IMG/VR virus record: IMGVR_UViG_3300022723_000184
Location: 64,001 to 128,000 of that record
Source of the DNA: a virus
Taxonomy: Duplodnaviria > Caudoviricetes
Length of the DNA stretch: 64,000 nucleotides
Strand: one strand, 5' to 3'
Of this stretch, positions 36,157 to 45,795 are shown piece after piece. The notes below the pieces were generated by a model that worked only from the letters and a program-made list of their open reading frames with translations, did not search any database and was not told the DNA's origin. The first letter of the stretch is position 1; each line of letters starts with the position of its first letter. The position numbers and the translations under genes were made by a program.

Positions 36157-36874
36157 GACACCCGATATCGATTTCGACCAGGCGTATACGTCGTGGGCCT
36201 CGGACAGGTCTCCGCAGGCCAACGCCACGATCCTGAAGGTTCTCGACCCGGTGATCAGCCAGGCGGTGCAGACACACGTCGGTACGAGCAACCCGCTGCT
36301 CAAGGCCCGGGCCCGGAAGATGACGCTCGGCGCCCTGGGCTCGTTTGACCCGAAGCGGGGCCGGCTCAAGAGCCACTTGTATTCGCAGCTCCAAGGCCTC
36401 AAGCGGCAGCATGCCAAGCAGCAGAGCATCTTCCGGGTGCCCGAGCGGCTGATGTTGGACCGCCGAGGTCTGAAGGCGGCGCAGCAGGAACTGGAAGACG
36501 AACTGGGGCGGGAGCCGACGGACCAGGAGCTGGCGACGCGCACCGGGTTCTCGGTCGACCGGATCTCTCGCATCCGGCAGTTCAGCCCCGCGATGAGCGA
36601 GGGCTTCTTCTCGACGGTGGGCGAGGGCGGCATGGTCCCACAGTCCACGAGCCCGATCAGCCAGCAATCGTCGTGGGTCCAGGTGGTGTACGACGACCTG
36701 GGCCCGCTCGACAAGAAGATCATGGAGTGGACGCTGGGCCTCAATGGCCAACCCCGACTCTCGAACCAGGAGATTGCTTTGAGGCTCAAGAGGTCCCCGG
36801 GCGCCATCAGCCAGCGAAAGGCGCTGATCCAGCAGATGCTTGACGAGGAGCAGGACCTTTCCCCTTTTCTATGA
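36149..36874 (+). CDS. sigma70-family RNA polymerase sigma factor (regions 2-4, 241 aa)
   Basis: FDPKRG (region 2.2), IFRVP, ELGREPTDQELA (region 3), L...DKKI....GL....LSNQEIA..L.RS...ISQ (region 4 HTH). Confidence 0.8.
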   Translation: MPETPDIDFDQAYTSWASDRSPQANATILKVLDPVISQAVQTHVGTSNPLLKARARKMTLGALGSFDPKRGRLKSHLYSQLQGLKRQHAKQQSIFRVPERLMLDRRGLKAAQQELEDELGREPTDQELATRTGFSVDRISRIRQFSPAMSEGFFSTVGEGGMVPQSTSPISQQSSWVQVVYDDLGPLDKKIMEWTLGLNGQPRLSNQEIALRLKRSPGAISQRKALIQQMLDEEQDLSPFL

Positions 36875-36880
36875 AACTAT

Positions 36881-36907
36881 GCCAGCTCGTCGGCTTAAAA
36901 GCGAGAC
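36881..36907 (+). promoter_or_regulatory. conserved hairpin motif copy 3: GCCAG-CTCGTC-GGCTTAAA-AGCGAG-AC
   Basis: 5 bp including one G-U plus one mismatch; directly after the sigma gene stop. Confidence 0.7.
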
Positions 36908-36931
36908 AAGGCGAGACCTCTGAGGTAGACC

Positions 36932-37408
36932 ATGGGTACCGAACCGAAACCACAGTCCAAGGCCGAGATCGACTCGAACTTCGAGGGTCAGATCAAGAAG
37001 CTGCGTGAGCGGGCCAAGGACGAGGCCGACGCGAAGCTGGGCGGCGACAACGCCCAGTGGAACATCCCGGAGCTGGGCGATTGGGACGGCGACCTGTTCG
37101 CGGTCGAGGAGATCAGCGACGCGTTCAAGCGGGAAGAGGCCAACGAGAAGTTCGAGGAGGCGACCAAGGACTCCAGCTCGCCGGGTGTCGCCGGCGACCT
37201 CGGCGTTACCACACTGCAGGTTGACTACTTGGCCTGCATGGACCGGGCCTTCCGGGCCAGGCACACGATGCGACGGCCCCGGACCATGGCCCACATGACC
37301 GGCCGCCGCAAAGGCCACGGCAACGAGCGAGGTACGCTGACCCAGACGGCGTTGGAGTTCGCCCGCAACCTGCTTAAACAGGCCCAGGCGTCGGGAGGTG
37401 GTAGCTGA
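36932..37408 (+). CDS. hypothetical protein (158 aa)
   Basis: GAGG RBS, GC3 bias, coupled to the next gene. Confidence 0.6.
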   Translation: MGTEPKPQSKAEIDSNFEGQIKKLRERAKDEADAKLGGDNAQWNIPELGDWDGDLFAVEEISDAFKREEANEKFEEATKDSSSPGVAGDLGVTTLQVDYLACMDRAFRARHTMRRPRTMAHMTGRRKGHGNERGTLTQTALEFARNLLKQAQASGGGS

Positions 37409-37893
37409 TGACCGTGACCGGATCCGTTGCTGCCTACGCCGATCGTCAGATCGACATGCTGGCTTTCCAGAACCCAGGTATCGGGAGCCTGGAACTGGTC
37501 GACTTGATCCTCGTCCCCGACGGCGGCAGCGGGTTCAGCATCGCCGGCATCGCCAAGCTCGCCCAGCGGTTCTTGATCGAGCTGCTGACTGAGCAGGGAT
37601 CGATCCCGTACGACACGGTCCGCGGCTCGACGTTCCTCACCGAGCTTCGGCAGGGTAGGGTGCGTACGACGCCGGCCGCCGAGACCGCGTTCTACCTGGC
37701 GCTGGACCAGGTGAAGCTCCAGCTGCAGCTGGAGGAGTCCGACGACATGCCCGACGACGAACGGTACGGGCGAACGACCCTCGACTCGATCGTGCTGTCG
37801 CCGGCCGATACGGTAAAACTACGACTGACGTTGTTCAGCTTGGCGGGGACCGGCGTGACGCTGTTGCTCCCGATTGAGACTACGCTTGGATAG
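37408..37893 (+). CDS. baseplate wedge gp25-like protein (161 aa)
   Basis: GIAKLAQRFLIELLTE.GS......GS.F pattern; precedes the J-like gene. Confidence 0.7.
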   Translation: MTVTGSVAAYADRQIDMLAFQNPGIGSLELVDLILVPDGGSGFSIAGIAKLAQRFLIELLTEQGSIPYDTVRGSTFLTELRQGRVRTTPAAETAFYLALDQVKLQLQLEESDDMPDDERYGRTTLDSIVLSPADTVKLRLTLFSLAGTGVTLLLPIETTLG

Positions 37894-37894
37894 T

Positions 37895-37922
37895 GCCAGC
37901 TCGCTGGCGAATAGAGCGAGAC
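37895..37922 (+). promoter_or_regulatory. conserved hairpin motif copy 4: GCCAG-CTCGCT-GGCGAATAG-AGCGAG-AC
   Basis: Perfect 6-bp stem, upstream of the RBS of 37940. Confidence 0.75.
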
Positions 37923-37939
37923 GATAAGGCAGGGAAGCC

Positions 37940-39643
37940 ATGACGATTCAGATCACCAACCTGGACGACGTGAACCAAGAGCTTGTCGCGGACAACCTCG
38001 ACGAGATCATCACGCGCCTGCAAGAAGACAACCCATCACTCGACCTCCGGCGAGGCGTCCTCAAGGACCTGCTTGCCGGCTACCACGCGTCGCTGAGCGC
38101 TGCCGAGCAGCAGACGTTGGCCCGGTACCTCAGCGCCCGGTCGCTGCAGCAGATCGAGGCCGATCCGACGCTGGCCGACGAGGGGGTGACCGACGACGTC
38201 CTCTCCAACTACCGGGTCACCCGGCAGCAGGGGGCTACGGCCCAGGGTGAGATCACGATCGTCGTCAGTCAGAACACCACGGTGGTCATCTCCGAGGGAG
38301 CCATCTTCGAGGCCGACGGGCAGCAGTTCGCTAGCGATTCGGTGTTCACGGCCAAGACCGAGGCCGCCCAGATCAACACGTCGACCGACCGCCTGCTTCA
38401 ACAGCGATCGGACGGCAACTGGTTCTTCACCATCACGGTGACCGCGGCCGAAGTCGGGACCGAGGGGAACATCGCCAAAGACACTTTCATGGTGCCGGCC
38501 GTGCCCCCGCCCAACTACGTCACGTCGTTCGCGACCAACGACTTCGTGAGCGGGACCAACACCGAGACCAACACCCAGCTGCTCCAACGATTGCAGGAGG
38601 GGCTCGCGGCCAGGGCCCCGTCCAACCGCACGAACATGAAGGGGATGCTCCGAGAGATCTCCGACGAGGCGTACGCCGGCAACCTGCATAGCTCGATCGT
38701 CGGGTTCGGCGACGAGGAGATGCTCCGTGACCAGCACACGATCTGGCCCGGCAGCCTGGGCGGGCGCTCCGACTGGTACATTCGCACGGTCGAGCAGCTG
38801 TTCCGGCTGACGCTGCAGCGGGAAGCCACGCTCGTCCAGATCGGGACCCGTGGCGAGCTATCGAATAACTGCTCGCCCGGAGGCCCCAACGCCTCGGACA
38901 TCGTAACGGTCTGGCAGTTCGCCCTGGCCCGCGACGACGCCCCCGGTTTCTACGAGATCCGGACGGTACGCCCCCTGGGATTCGATGAGGCCAGCGGCAG
39001 CTTCGAGATCCTGGCCGACATCCGGGGCCTGGACCTGACGGGCGACGGCTTCGTCCCGGACATCGACACCGTGGAGGAAGGGGCGTACAGCCGCTACCAG
39101 ACCACGGTCATCAAGTTCATTGACGACCAGGTTGACCCGACCACGGTCGCGGTCGGGGACACTAGCGCCTACGACGTGTCAGTGGCCATGATGCCCCAGA
39201 TCGGCGACATCCAGGACGACCTGAACACCCGCGACATCCGCAGCTACGGGTCCGACGTCCTGATCAAGGCCCCGGTACCCTGCTTCGTGTCGCTCTCGTT
39301 CACGATCAACAAACAGAACAACGTGCCGGACCCGGACCTCGATGCGATCAAGACGGCGTTGGCCAAAGAGGTCAACACGATTGCGTTCCTAGGCCGGCTG
39401 TACGCTTCGCAGCTGCACGACGTGATCCAAGGCCTGCTCGGAACCACGACCAGCGCCGGCAAGATCGACATGTTCGGTCGCCTGCGTTACCCGGACGGCA
39501 CGACCAAGTACGTCCGTGACTTTGAGGTGCTGGCGATCGACGGGCCGGCCGGGCAAATGGTCAGCCCGAAGACCGTGCAGTTTTATCTGGACGTCGAGGA
39601 CATCTCGATCTCGATCGCGACCAGCGTCCCCGTGCCCTCTTAA
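37940..39643 (+). CDS. baseplate J/gp6-like wedge protein (567 aa)
   Basis: DLRRGVLKDLL, A.G.ITI, A.EVG..GNI, F.SG...ET...L..R motifs of baseplate J proteins. Confidence 0.8.
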   Translation: MTIQITNLDDVNQELVADNLDEIITRLQEDNPSLDLRRGVLKDLLAGYHASLSAAEQQTLARYLSARSLQQIEADPTLADEGVTDDVLSNYRVTRQQGATAQGEITIVVSQNTTVVISEGAIFEADGQQFASDSVFTAKTEAAQINTSTDRLLQQRSDGNWFFTITVTAAEVGTEGNIAKDTFMVPAVPPPNYVTSFATNDFVSGTNTETNTQLLQRLQEGLAARAPSNRTNMKGMLREISDEAYAGNLHSSIVGFGDEEMLRDQHTIWPGSLGGRSDWYIRTVEQLFRLTLQREATLVQIGTRGELSNNCSPGGPNASDIVTVWQFALARDDAPGFYEIRTVRPLGFDEASGSFEILADIRGLDLTGDGFVPDIDTVEEGAYSRYQTTVIKFIDDQVDPTTVAVGDTSAYDVSVAMMPQIGDIQDDLNTRDIRSYGSDVLIKAPVPCFVSLSFTINKQNNVPDPDLDAIKTALAKEVNTIAFLGRLYASQLHDVIQGLLGTTTSAGKIDMFGRLRYPDGTTKYVRDFEVLAIDGPAGQMVSPKTVQFYLDVEDISISIATSVPVPS

Positions 39644-39656
39644 AAAGTACTTTTTA
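39641..39656. repeat. TAAAAAGTACTTTTTA palindrome copy 3, overlapping the stop codon
   Basis: Read directly; followed by GATC and the ATG at 39661, which has no SD. Confidence 0.9.
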
Positions 39657-39660
39657 GATC

Positions 39661-41211
39661 ATGGCCGACTTCCTCTATCCGACCAACGACTTCGACCGCC
39701 GCAACCGGCTGCTGGCTGAGGTGGCGTCGTTCTGGAACAACGTGTTCGGGCAGCGGGAGTTTGTCCGCGACATCCTGTTCGCCAAGGGTCAGCTGGAGCA
39801 GCAGACGGTTCAGCAGCTGACCGAGCTGTTCGATTCGGTCAGTCGCTTCAAGCTGCCGCCGTTTCATTTAGAGCGATGGTATCTGATCACGCTGCTGGAG
39901 TCTGACCTCAACCAGGGCAAGGCCGCCCAGCTGCTGTACGACGGTGAGGTCGACTACGACCCGACCGGCCCTTTCAAGTACGGGGTCCCCCGACAGCTCA
40001 ATCAGTTCACGTGGGATGCGCCGGCCGAGCTGGTCGACACCGGTGTCCTGGTCAACCGGATCCACGACGCCAGCCTGACGATGACCCGGGGCGTCGACTT
40101 CCTGTTGGAGGACGGGAGCCTGTTCTTCAGGGAGAACCCGTTCGACAACCCGCTGGTCCCGGTCCGCGACATCGTCGTCGGCCAGGAGGTCGTCGACCGG
40201 CAGATCGGTCTGTGGGTCTTCCAGGCCAAGTTTGACTGGGACTACATCTTCGAGCAGTTCGGGTACGTCATCCAGCTGTCGCTGGAGAGCGGCGACGAAT
40301 ACAAGGGCATGATCAACGCGGTGTTCGACGCCCTGGTCGAGGGCACGACCCAGCGGTCGGTCGAGAACGCCTTCGAGGCGATGACCGGCTCCACCCTGGT
40401 CCAGAACCCGACGGAGACCGTCAAGGCGATCGTCGACGAGCCGGGCAGGCAGCTGGTGATCACCGACCAGGTCGTCTACGAGTACAGCGACCTGGTCAGC
40501 GTCATCGTTTCTGTGGGCGACAAGGTCATCGAGGGCCAGGCTCTGGTCGACACGCTCCAGTTCTTCGAGTTCAACCGGGGCCAGTGTCCGACGCAGGAGC
40601 AGTGCCAGGCGGTCGCCTTGGGTCGTGGTTTCCTGGGTCGCGGGTTCTTCGGTGACCTGGTGTTCGAGAACAAGAGCACGCCACTCGTGGTCGAGACCGA
40701 CGACGAGGGGTACACCAAGGTCAGTTGGGAGATCGGCGGGTTCCCGACCGACGTCGTGAAGTTCTTCGACGACCTGCACGCTAACGGGCTTGCCGCCGGC
40801 CAGACGCTGGCCAACCTGCTCGACACCCGGACCAATAAGGTCGGCGAGCCGCAGGCGAGCAACCTACCGACCACAATCAACCCGTTCGAGTTTCTGTGTC
40901 AGAACGTGCTGAGGAACCACGCCTACCTGGCCAAGATCCGGACGGCCGGCTTCGGGCCGGGCGCCGTGGGCATGAACGCCGGAAAGATCCTGAGAAAGGT
41001 ACATCCACCGCAGACTGCTCTAATTATCGCCGCGGAATTGGCTCACACGGACGATCCGATTATCATGGAAGATCCGGGTACGGAGACCGCGCCGGGCTAC
41101 GAGGAGACCGTCTCGACCTACACCGGAATGGTGCAAGCCGAGACGATTTCACCGGATACGGCGATGGACGAGTGCGTGCGGGTCAAGCTGATCTCGGGCC
41201 GCTGCACCTAA
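39661..41211 (+). CDS. baseplate wedge protein, gp7/gpI-like (516 aa)
   Basis: Follows the J-like gene; YK..INAVFDAL..G.T...VE.A pattern. Confidence 0.55.
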   Translation: MADFLYPTNDFDRRNRLLAEVASFWNNVFGQREFVRDILFAKGQLEQQTVQQLTELFDSVSRFKLPPFHLERWYLITLLESDLNQGKAAQLLYDGEVDYDPTGPFKYGVPRQLNQFTWDAPAELVDTGVLVNRIHDASLTMTRGVDFLLEDGSLFFRENPFDNPLVPVRDIVVGQEVVDRQIGLWVFQAKFDWDYIFEQFGYVIQLSLESGDEYKGMINAVFDALVEGTTQRSVENAFEAMTGSTLVQNPTETVKAIVDEPGRQLVITDQVVYEYSDLVSVIVSVGDKVIEGQALVDTLQFFEFNRGQCPTQEQCQAVALGRGFLGRGFFGDLVFENKSTPLVVETDDEGYTKVSWEIGGFPTDVVKFFDDLHANGLAAGQTLANLLDTRTNKVGEPQASNLPTTINPFEFLCQNVLRNHAYLAKIRTAGFGPGAVGMNAGKILRKVHPPQTALIIAAELAHTDDPIIMEDPGTETAPGYEETVSTYTGMVQAETISPDTAMDECVRVKLISGRCT

Positions 41212-41224
41212 AGGCAGGGAAGCC

Positions 41225-41815
41225 ATGCAAGAAATCATCCTCCCAAACAAGAGCGTCTCTGGTCGGGTCCGCGCCCACGAGGTTCGTGGCGACGTCTGGG
41301 ACCTTCTGACCGCGTGGGACCACAACCAGGTCCTCTACGGCTGGGGGACCGTGGTCGGCACGCTGCTGACCAAGGGCCTGTCCAACTACCGCATCGGTGG
41401 GATGTACCTGGAATACGAGAACGTCGCGGACCCCGACGACCCGGTGTCGGCCCCGACCTTCGACCGGAGCGGCGGCAAGAGCTACTACGACGGCCTGGGC
41501 CTCAGCGCGACCCGCGACTACCTCCGCGTCCCGCTGACCGCCTCGCTCTTGAGCAGCAGCGATGAGACGCTGTTCCCGGACGGCAACGTGATGACGTTCT
41601 TCGCCCAGTCCCAGGGCGTGACGGGGGCCAACGGCAAGGCGTTCAGCGACACGGTCAACTCCAAGATCTACGGAGGGGCCCTGGTCGCTTTCCTGGATGA
41701 GGCGGACGCGGATCAGGATATCGTCTTCAGCCGCTTCTACTTCTCGGTGGCGAACCAGCAGGTGAAGTTGCCCACCTCCCAGATCGGGTTGGAGTGGGAG
41801 ATCACGCTGCAGTAG
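41225..41815 (+). CDS. baseplate/fibre attachment protein (196 aa)
   Basis: G.V........HNQV...W and FSRFYF......K....IG.EW.I.L pattern of fibre-anchor domains. Confidence 0.5.
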   Translation: MQEIILPNKSVSGRVRAHEVRGDVWDLLTAWDHNQVLYGWGTVVGTLLTKGLSNYRIGGMYLEYENVADPDDPVSAPTFDRSGGKSYYDGLGLSATRDYLRVPLTASLLSSSDETLFPDGNVMTFFAQSQGVTGANGKAFSDTVNSKIYGGALVAFLDEADADQDIVFSRFYFSVANQQVKLPTSQIGLEWEITLQ

Positions 41816-41888
41816 CGGCTAGAGTCACACCTTGTAAGCCGGTGCGCTGGCATGGTGACGCTAGTATAGCTAGATAAGGGGCTCAAGG

Positions 41889-43679
41889 ATGAGCGGCTGG
41901 AAAGATCTGATCCAGTTCATCAAGACCGGCGAACCCGTCTTGCCCGGCACCCCCAACCGGGTGACCCGGGACCTCGACGGCAACATCCGGTTCTTGCGTG
42001 ACCTGCTGGAAGCGGCGGAGATCGGCGAGGCCGTCTTCGCCCGTGACGTGACCGTCGAGGCCGGTGCCTCGGTCGGCATGCCCGTCTACTGGGACGTCCC
42101 CTCGAACTCGTTCAAGCGGGGCCTGGCCCAGGTCGACGTCGATCAGGCGTCCGGCGCCATCGAGACCGCGACCACCGCCCAGATCTGGGGCGTGGTCTAC
42201 GAGAAGACCAACACCACCCTCGGCTGCATCCAGCTCTTCGGGTTCACCGACCTCGACCTGAGCCTTGCGGTGGACGGCGACGTTGAGGCCGGCGTCTACT
42301 ACCTGTCTGCCGTGACCCCTGGCAAGCTGGTCAAGCAGAAGCCCGCGGTCAGCGTGGCCGTGCTGGTCGCCGACGGTCAGGGCGGGGTGTTCGTCAACAC
42401 GACGATCGCCAACTTCGTCAACGACCACGTCCATTTCAAGTACAACCTCGTGGCGGCGCCGGCCGGCGACACCAGCCCGCCGACCGTGGGCGACCCGCAC
42501 ACAATCACGTCTCCGGACAGCACACTCGAAGGCTGGCTGCCGGCCGACGACGCGATTTTCGGGGGCAAGGCCCCGGCCGGGGCCGTGTTCGGCTACAACC
42601 TCTCGGCCAACAGCCAGCTGGTCAACCAGTGGCCTCCGGTTCCTTACAACAGCGCGGTCCTCGAATGGGACCGGGGCGAGACCAAGGAGCTGGGCTACAT
42701 CGGGGTGGCCGACAACCTGGTTGTGCTCGACCAGAACGGCATCTGGTGGATGAGCGACTGTTACGGTGACGTGCCGTGGCCCACGGACCTCGACACCAAC
42801 AGCTCGTTGTCGGTTAGCGCGTCCGACGACTGCCCCCGAGAGTTGGAGTTCAAGCTCCGCCTATGGTTTACCAAGCTCTCGTTCCTGACCGATGGCTCGG
42901 TCGTGACCAGCCTGGCGACGGACGACGATCGCATCCAGATCCTGTGCGAGAACGACCCGAGCCAGACGGCCCGGACCGGGCCCCTGCTGCTCCGCCTGGC
43001 TCTGGAGTTCATGATCGATCAGACGGACGTCCGCGGAGGCCTGGCGTTCAAGGAGTTCGACGAGACCACCAACAAGTTCAACCTGGGCCCGATCTGCGAG
43101 GGCATCTTCGCCCTGAGCAGCAACCTGACGCTGACCGGAGAATCGAGTCAGGTGTTGAACGTGGGCGGCACCGACCGGACCGTGCACCAGGGCCTCGTGG
43201 GGATCGCTGTCGACACCCAGGGCGACCAGGAGCAGCCGGTGCAGCTGATCCGGTTGGACGGGGCGACCGAGGAGTTCTACGAGGACGTCCCGTACATCGG
43301 GTTCCCGGACGACGAGCTGACCCGGATCCGTTCACAGATCAACATCCCGGCCACCCTCGCCCTGGTGAGCCCCAAGCTCAAGGTCCGCCTCCGGATCCTG
43401 GGTCGGGCTGCAGGCAGCTTGCCGGCCCTGACCCTGACTGGCCGCCGCCTGCCTCGCGACGCAAGCAGCGCCACGCCGCTGCCCACCGTCGACAGTCCGA
43501 TCACCATCGACACGACCGGGGCCGTGGCGGCCGACGAGTACATCGAAGCCGAGTCCGACCCGATCGACGTGGCGGCCGGCGACGTCTTCCTGTTCACCGT
43601 TGAGCGGAGCGACGCGGATGGCTACACCGGCGAGCTGGGCATTATCCAGCAGACCGGGGTCATCACTACAGGTACCTGA
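41889..43679 (+). CDS. baseplate/fibre structural protein (596 aa)
   Basis: I..GEPV..G..NR....L..N...L N-terminus; V.VG.PVY...G.LV.Q.P capsid-fibre-like domain. Confidence 0.5.
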   Translation: MSGWKDLIQFIKTGEPVLPGTPNRVTRDLDGNIRFLRDLLEAAEIGEAVFARDVTVEAGASVGMPVYWDVPSNSFKRGLAQVDVDQASGAIETATTAQIWGVVYEKTNTTLGCIQLFGFTDLDLSLAVDGDVEAGVYYLSAVTPGKLVKQKPAVSVAVLVADGQGGVFVNTTIANFVNDHVHFKYNLVAAPAGDTSPPTVGDPHTITSPDSTLEGWLPADDAIFGGKAPAGAVFGYNLSANSQLVNQWPPVPYNSAVLEWDRGETKELGYIGVADNLVVLDQNGIWWMSDCYGDVPWPTDLDTNSSLSVSASDDCPRELEFKLRLWFTKLSFLTDGSVVTSLATDDDRIQILCENDPSQTARTGPLLLRLALEFMIDQTDVRGGLAFKEFDETTNKFNLGPICEGIFALSSNLTLTGESSQVLNVGGTDRTVHQGLVGIAVDTQGDQEQPVQLIRLDGATEEFYEDVPYIGFPDDELTRIRSQINIPATLALVSPKLKVRLRILGRAAGSLPALTLTGRRLPRDASSATPLPTVDSPITIDTTGAVAADEYIEAESDPIDVAAGDVFLFTVERSDADGYTGELGIIQQTGVITTGT

Positions 43680-44632
43680 TGCCAACACCCACGTGGAACA
43701 TCGAGTGGCTGAACCACAACTCGCAACGGCGATACCCGCTGTTCGACGACAGCAGCGCCGTTGACGACACCGGCTCGTTCGAGATCCCCAACGACTTCCT
43801 CGTGGAGCTGGACTTGCCCGTCCACGCGGGGCTCGACGTGGACCCGGCCCGCTTCTTCATCAAACACATCGGCGCCTACGCCACAGGGTTCAGCGTTGTG
43901 GTCGGCTACCAGCCGGAGGTGGGTGACGCGGTCGACGTGGCCACGGCCCTGATCAACAGCGACACCCACGCCAAGAACACGCCTTATCAGCTGGGCGGTG
44001 TCGGGGATTTCTCGGATACCAATGGCAAGCTGGTCATCGGACGCCTGGAAGAGATCCTGAAGCAGCCGGCCGGGTTCTTCACGTTCACGCTGGACAACGG
44101 CCGGCTCACTCCGGACACGACCCGGCCCATGATCCGCGGCATCAGCTCGATCCAGATCCGGTCGGGCGACGACGTGAGCGAGCGGATGTACGGTGACATC
44201 GAGCTGCAGCCGTTTGACAACATGCAGATCGTACCGATCATCGTGGCCGGCCAAGACCCGATCATCCGGTTCAGCGCCGTCGACGGCGAGGGCTTGGCCG
44301 AGGTCTGCGACTGCGAGGGCAACGTGCTGACCGCTCCGATCCGCCGGATCAACGGCGTGCCGCCGACGGCGGCCGGCGACTTCACGATGCTGGGCAACGA
44401 TTGTTTGGTGCCGACGCCGATCGAGAACGGCCTTAAACTTGACGACATTTGCTCCGAGCCCTGTTGTGGGTGCGAGGAGTTGGAAGCGATCACCCGCGAC
44501 CTCGAAGCGTTCGGGGCCAAAGCAACGACCCTGGAGAACTTCCTGGTTCGTCTGGAATCCTCGGTGACCCAGATGGACAGCGTGGTTCTCTCAGCGCAGC
44601 TCAGGGACAAGGGCTGCATCGACTGCGACTAA
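43679..44632 (+). CDS. Cys-rich baseplate/fibre paralogue 1 (317 aa)
   Basis: WLNHNSQRRYPL start, IRRINGVPP..AGDF, CSEPCCGCEEL plus coiled coil. Confidence 0.6.
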   Translation: MPTPTWNIEWLNHNSQRRYPLFDDSSAVDDTGSFEIPNDFLVELDLPVHAGLDVDPARFFIKHIGAYATGFSVVVGYQPEVGDAVDVATALINSDTHAKNTPYQLGGVGDFSDTNGKLVIGRLEEILKQPAGFFTFTLDNGRLTPDTTRPMIRGISSIQIRSGDDVSERMYGDIELQPFDNMQIVPIIVAGQDPIIRFSAVDGEGLAEVCDCEGNVLTAPIRRINGVPPTAAGDFTMLGNDCLVPTPIENGLKLDDICSEPCCGCEELEAITRDLEAFGAKATTLENFLVRLESSVTQMDSVVLSAQLRDKGCIDCD

Positions 44633-44643
44633 GGAGAAAAGTT

Positions 44644-45273
44644 ATGCCCTATTCGACTGCCGGCAAAAACCTGATGCTTGACGCGCTGAACGCCGTCAAC
44701 CCGACGACGCCGATCACGCATGCGTCACTGCACGACGACATCCCCGACGACACGGGATCCAACGAGATCTCTGGCGGCACCCCGGCCTACGCCCGCCAGG
44801 CGATCGACTTCGACGCGGCGGCCGGCGGTTCGATGGCCAAGAACGCGACCGACCCGGTGTTCGACGTTCCGGCCTCGACCGACGTCTTCTACGTCGGCTT
44901 TTGGTCGGCGGTGTCCGGCGGCACCTTCCTGGGCTATGCTCCGATCAACGGCGGTGCCATCGACGGGGTGGGTGACGGCCTGGACACCGGCGACATCATC
45001 AACGCGTCGAACCACGGGCTGAACGACGACGACCGCGTCGTCTTGTACGCTCCGGTCGGCCAGTCGCTGCCCGGCGGCCTCAACAGTACGACGCTCTACC
45101 ATGTGGTCAACCGTGTGGCGAACGTCAGTTTCCAGGTCTCGCTGACCCAGGGCGGTGGTGCGGTAACCATCACCAGCGACGGCACCGTCTACTTCCAGAA
45201 GGCCACGCCCGAAAGCTTTGCCTCGCAGGGCCAGCTGACGCTGGACACGGCGACGCTCAAGCTCGAAGAGTAG
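44644..45273 (+). CDS. phage tail protein with inserted HGL..D.V domain (209 aa)
   Basis: AAGGAG RBS; LH...P...G.NEI.G..YARQ.I.F and ..GFWSA.SGG.FL pattern. Confidence 0.55.
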   Translation: MPYSTAGKNLMLDALNAVNPTTPITHASLHDDIPDDTGSNEISGGTPAYARQAIDFDAAAGGSMAKNATDPVFDVPASTDVFYVGFWSAVSGGTFLGYAPINGGAIDGVGDGLDTGDIINASNHGLNDDDRVVLYAPVGQSLPGGLNSTTLYHVVNRVANVSFQVSLTQGGGAVTITSDGTVYFQKATPESFASQGQLTLDTATLKLEE

Positions 45274-45306
45274 TCGGGCATCGGCACCTGTTGAAAGGAG
45301 GTCAGG

Positions 45307-45792
45307 ATGGCTGCAGGGCCCCTGGCACCATATTCCCGTTACCCTGTGACCGAGTCACGGGTGTTCCCCAATATCCATGAGGGCGCGGGGGCGAACTCGA
45401 AGCACGAAGAGGGTATGGGCGTCGAGGCGTCGGTGGGTGCCGATTCAATTTGGCGACTCAGGTTCCAACTGCCGCCGCTTCTTCCGACAGGTACACCCAA
45501 ATTACTGTTGAAGGCGTTGGCTGCGGCGACCAGCGGCAATGCTCAGGTCAATCCTAAATGGGCCTCGGTTGCAGCCGAAGAGGACGCCTCGTCGGCGACG
45601 CTGAATGCAGAAGGTACGACGCAGGTTACTTGGGCGTCTGGTGACTCGGACGTTTACAAAGAGACGAAGATCGATCTGGACGCCGACACATTGGTGGCCG
45701 GTGAAGTCGTCGTCATGGACCTGACCTTCGAGACCACCAGCTGGACGCTTGCAGTGGTGAGCACATGGAACGCTTTCATTATTTGGGAGTGA
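45307..45792 (+). CDS. jelly-roll virion protein distantly like the DWAVNA domains (161 aa)
   Basis: AAAGGAGG RBS; GEVV.MDL..E......L motif; lower GC3. Confidence 0.5.
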   Translation: MAAGPLAPYSRYPVTESRVFPNIHEGAGANSKHEEGMGVEASVGADSIWRLRFQLPPLLPTGTPKLLLKALAAATSGNAQVNPKWASVAAEEDASSATLNAEGTTQVTWASGDSDVYKETKIDLDADTLVAGEVVVMDLTFETTSWTLAVVSTWNAFIIWE

Positions 45793-45795
45793 TCC

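Noticed and set aside
3857-37922. Hairpin-motif loops GGCTAA and GGCGAAT, and CCAGC-TCGCTGGC at 37896, resemble HDV-like (theta) ribozyme J4/2 and P3 segments
   Set aside because: The paired arm lies directly 5' of the GGC, so P1, P3 and P1.1 cannot be nested inside P2; I could not build the double pseudoknot by eye. A descriptor search would settle it.
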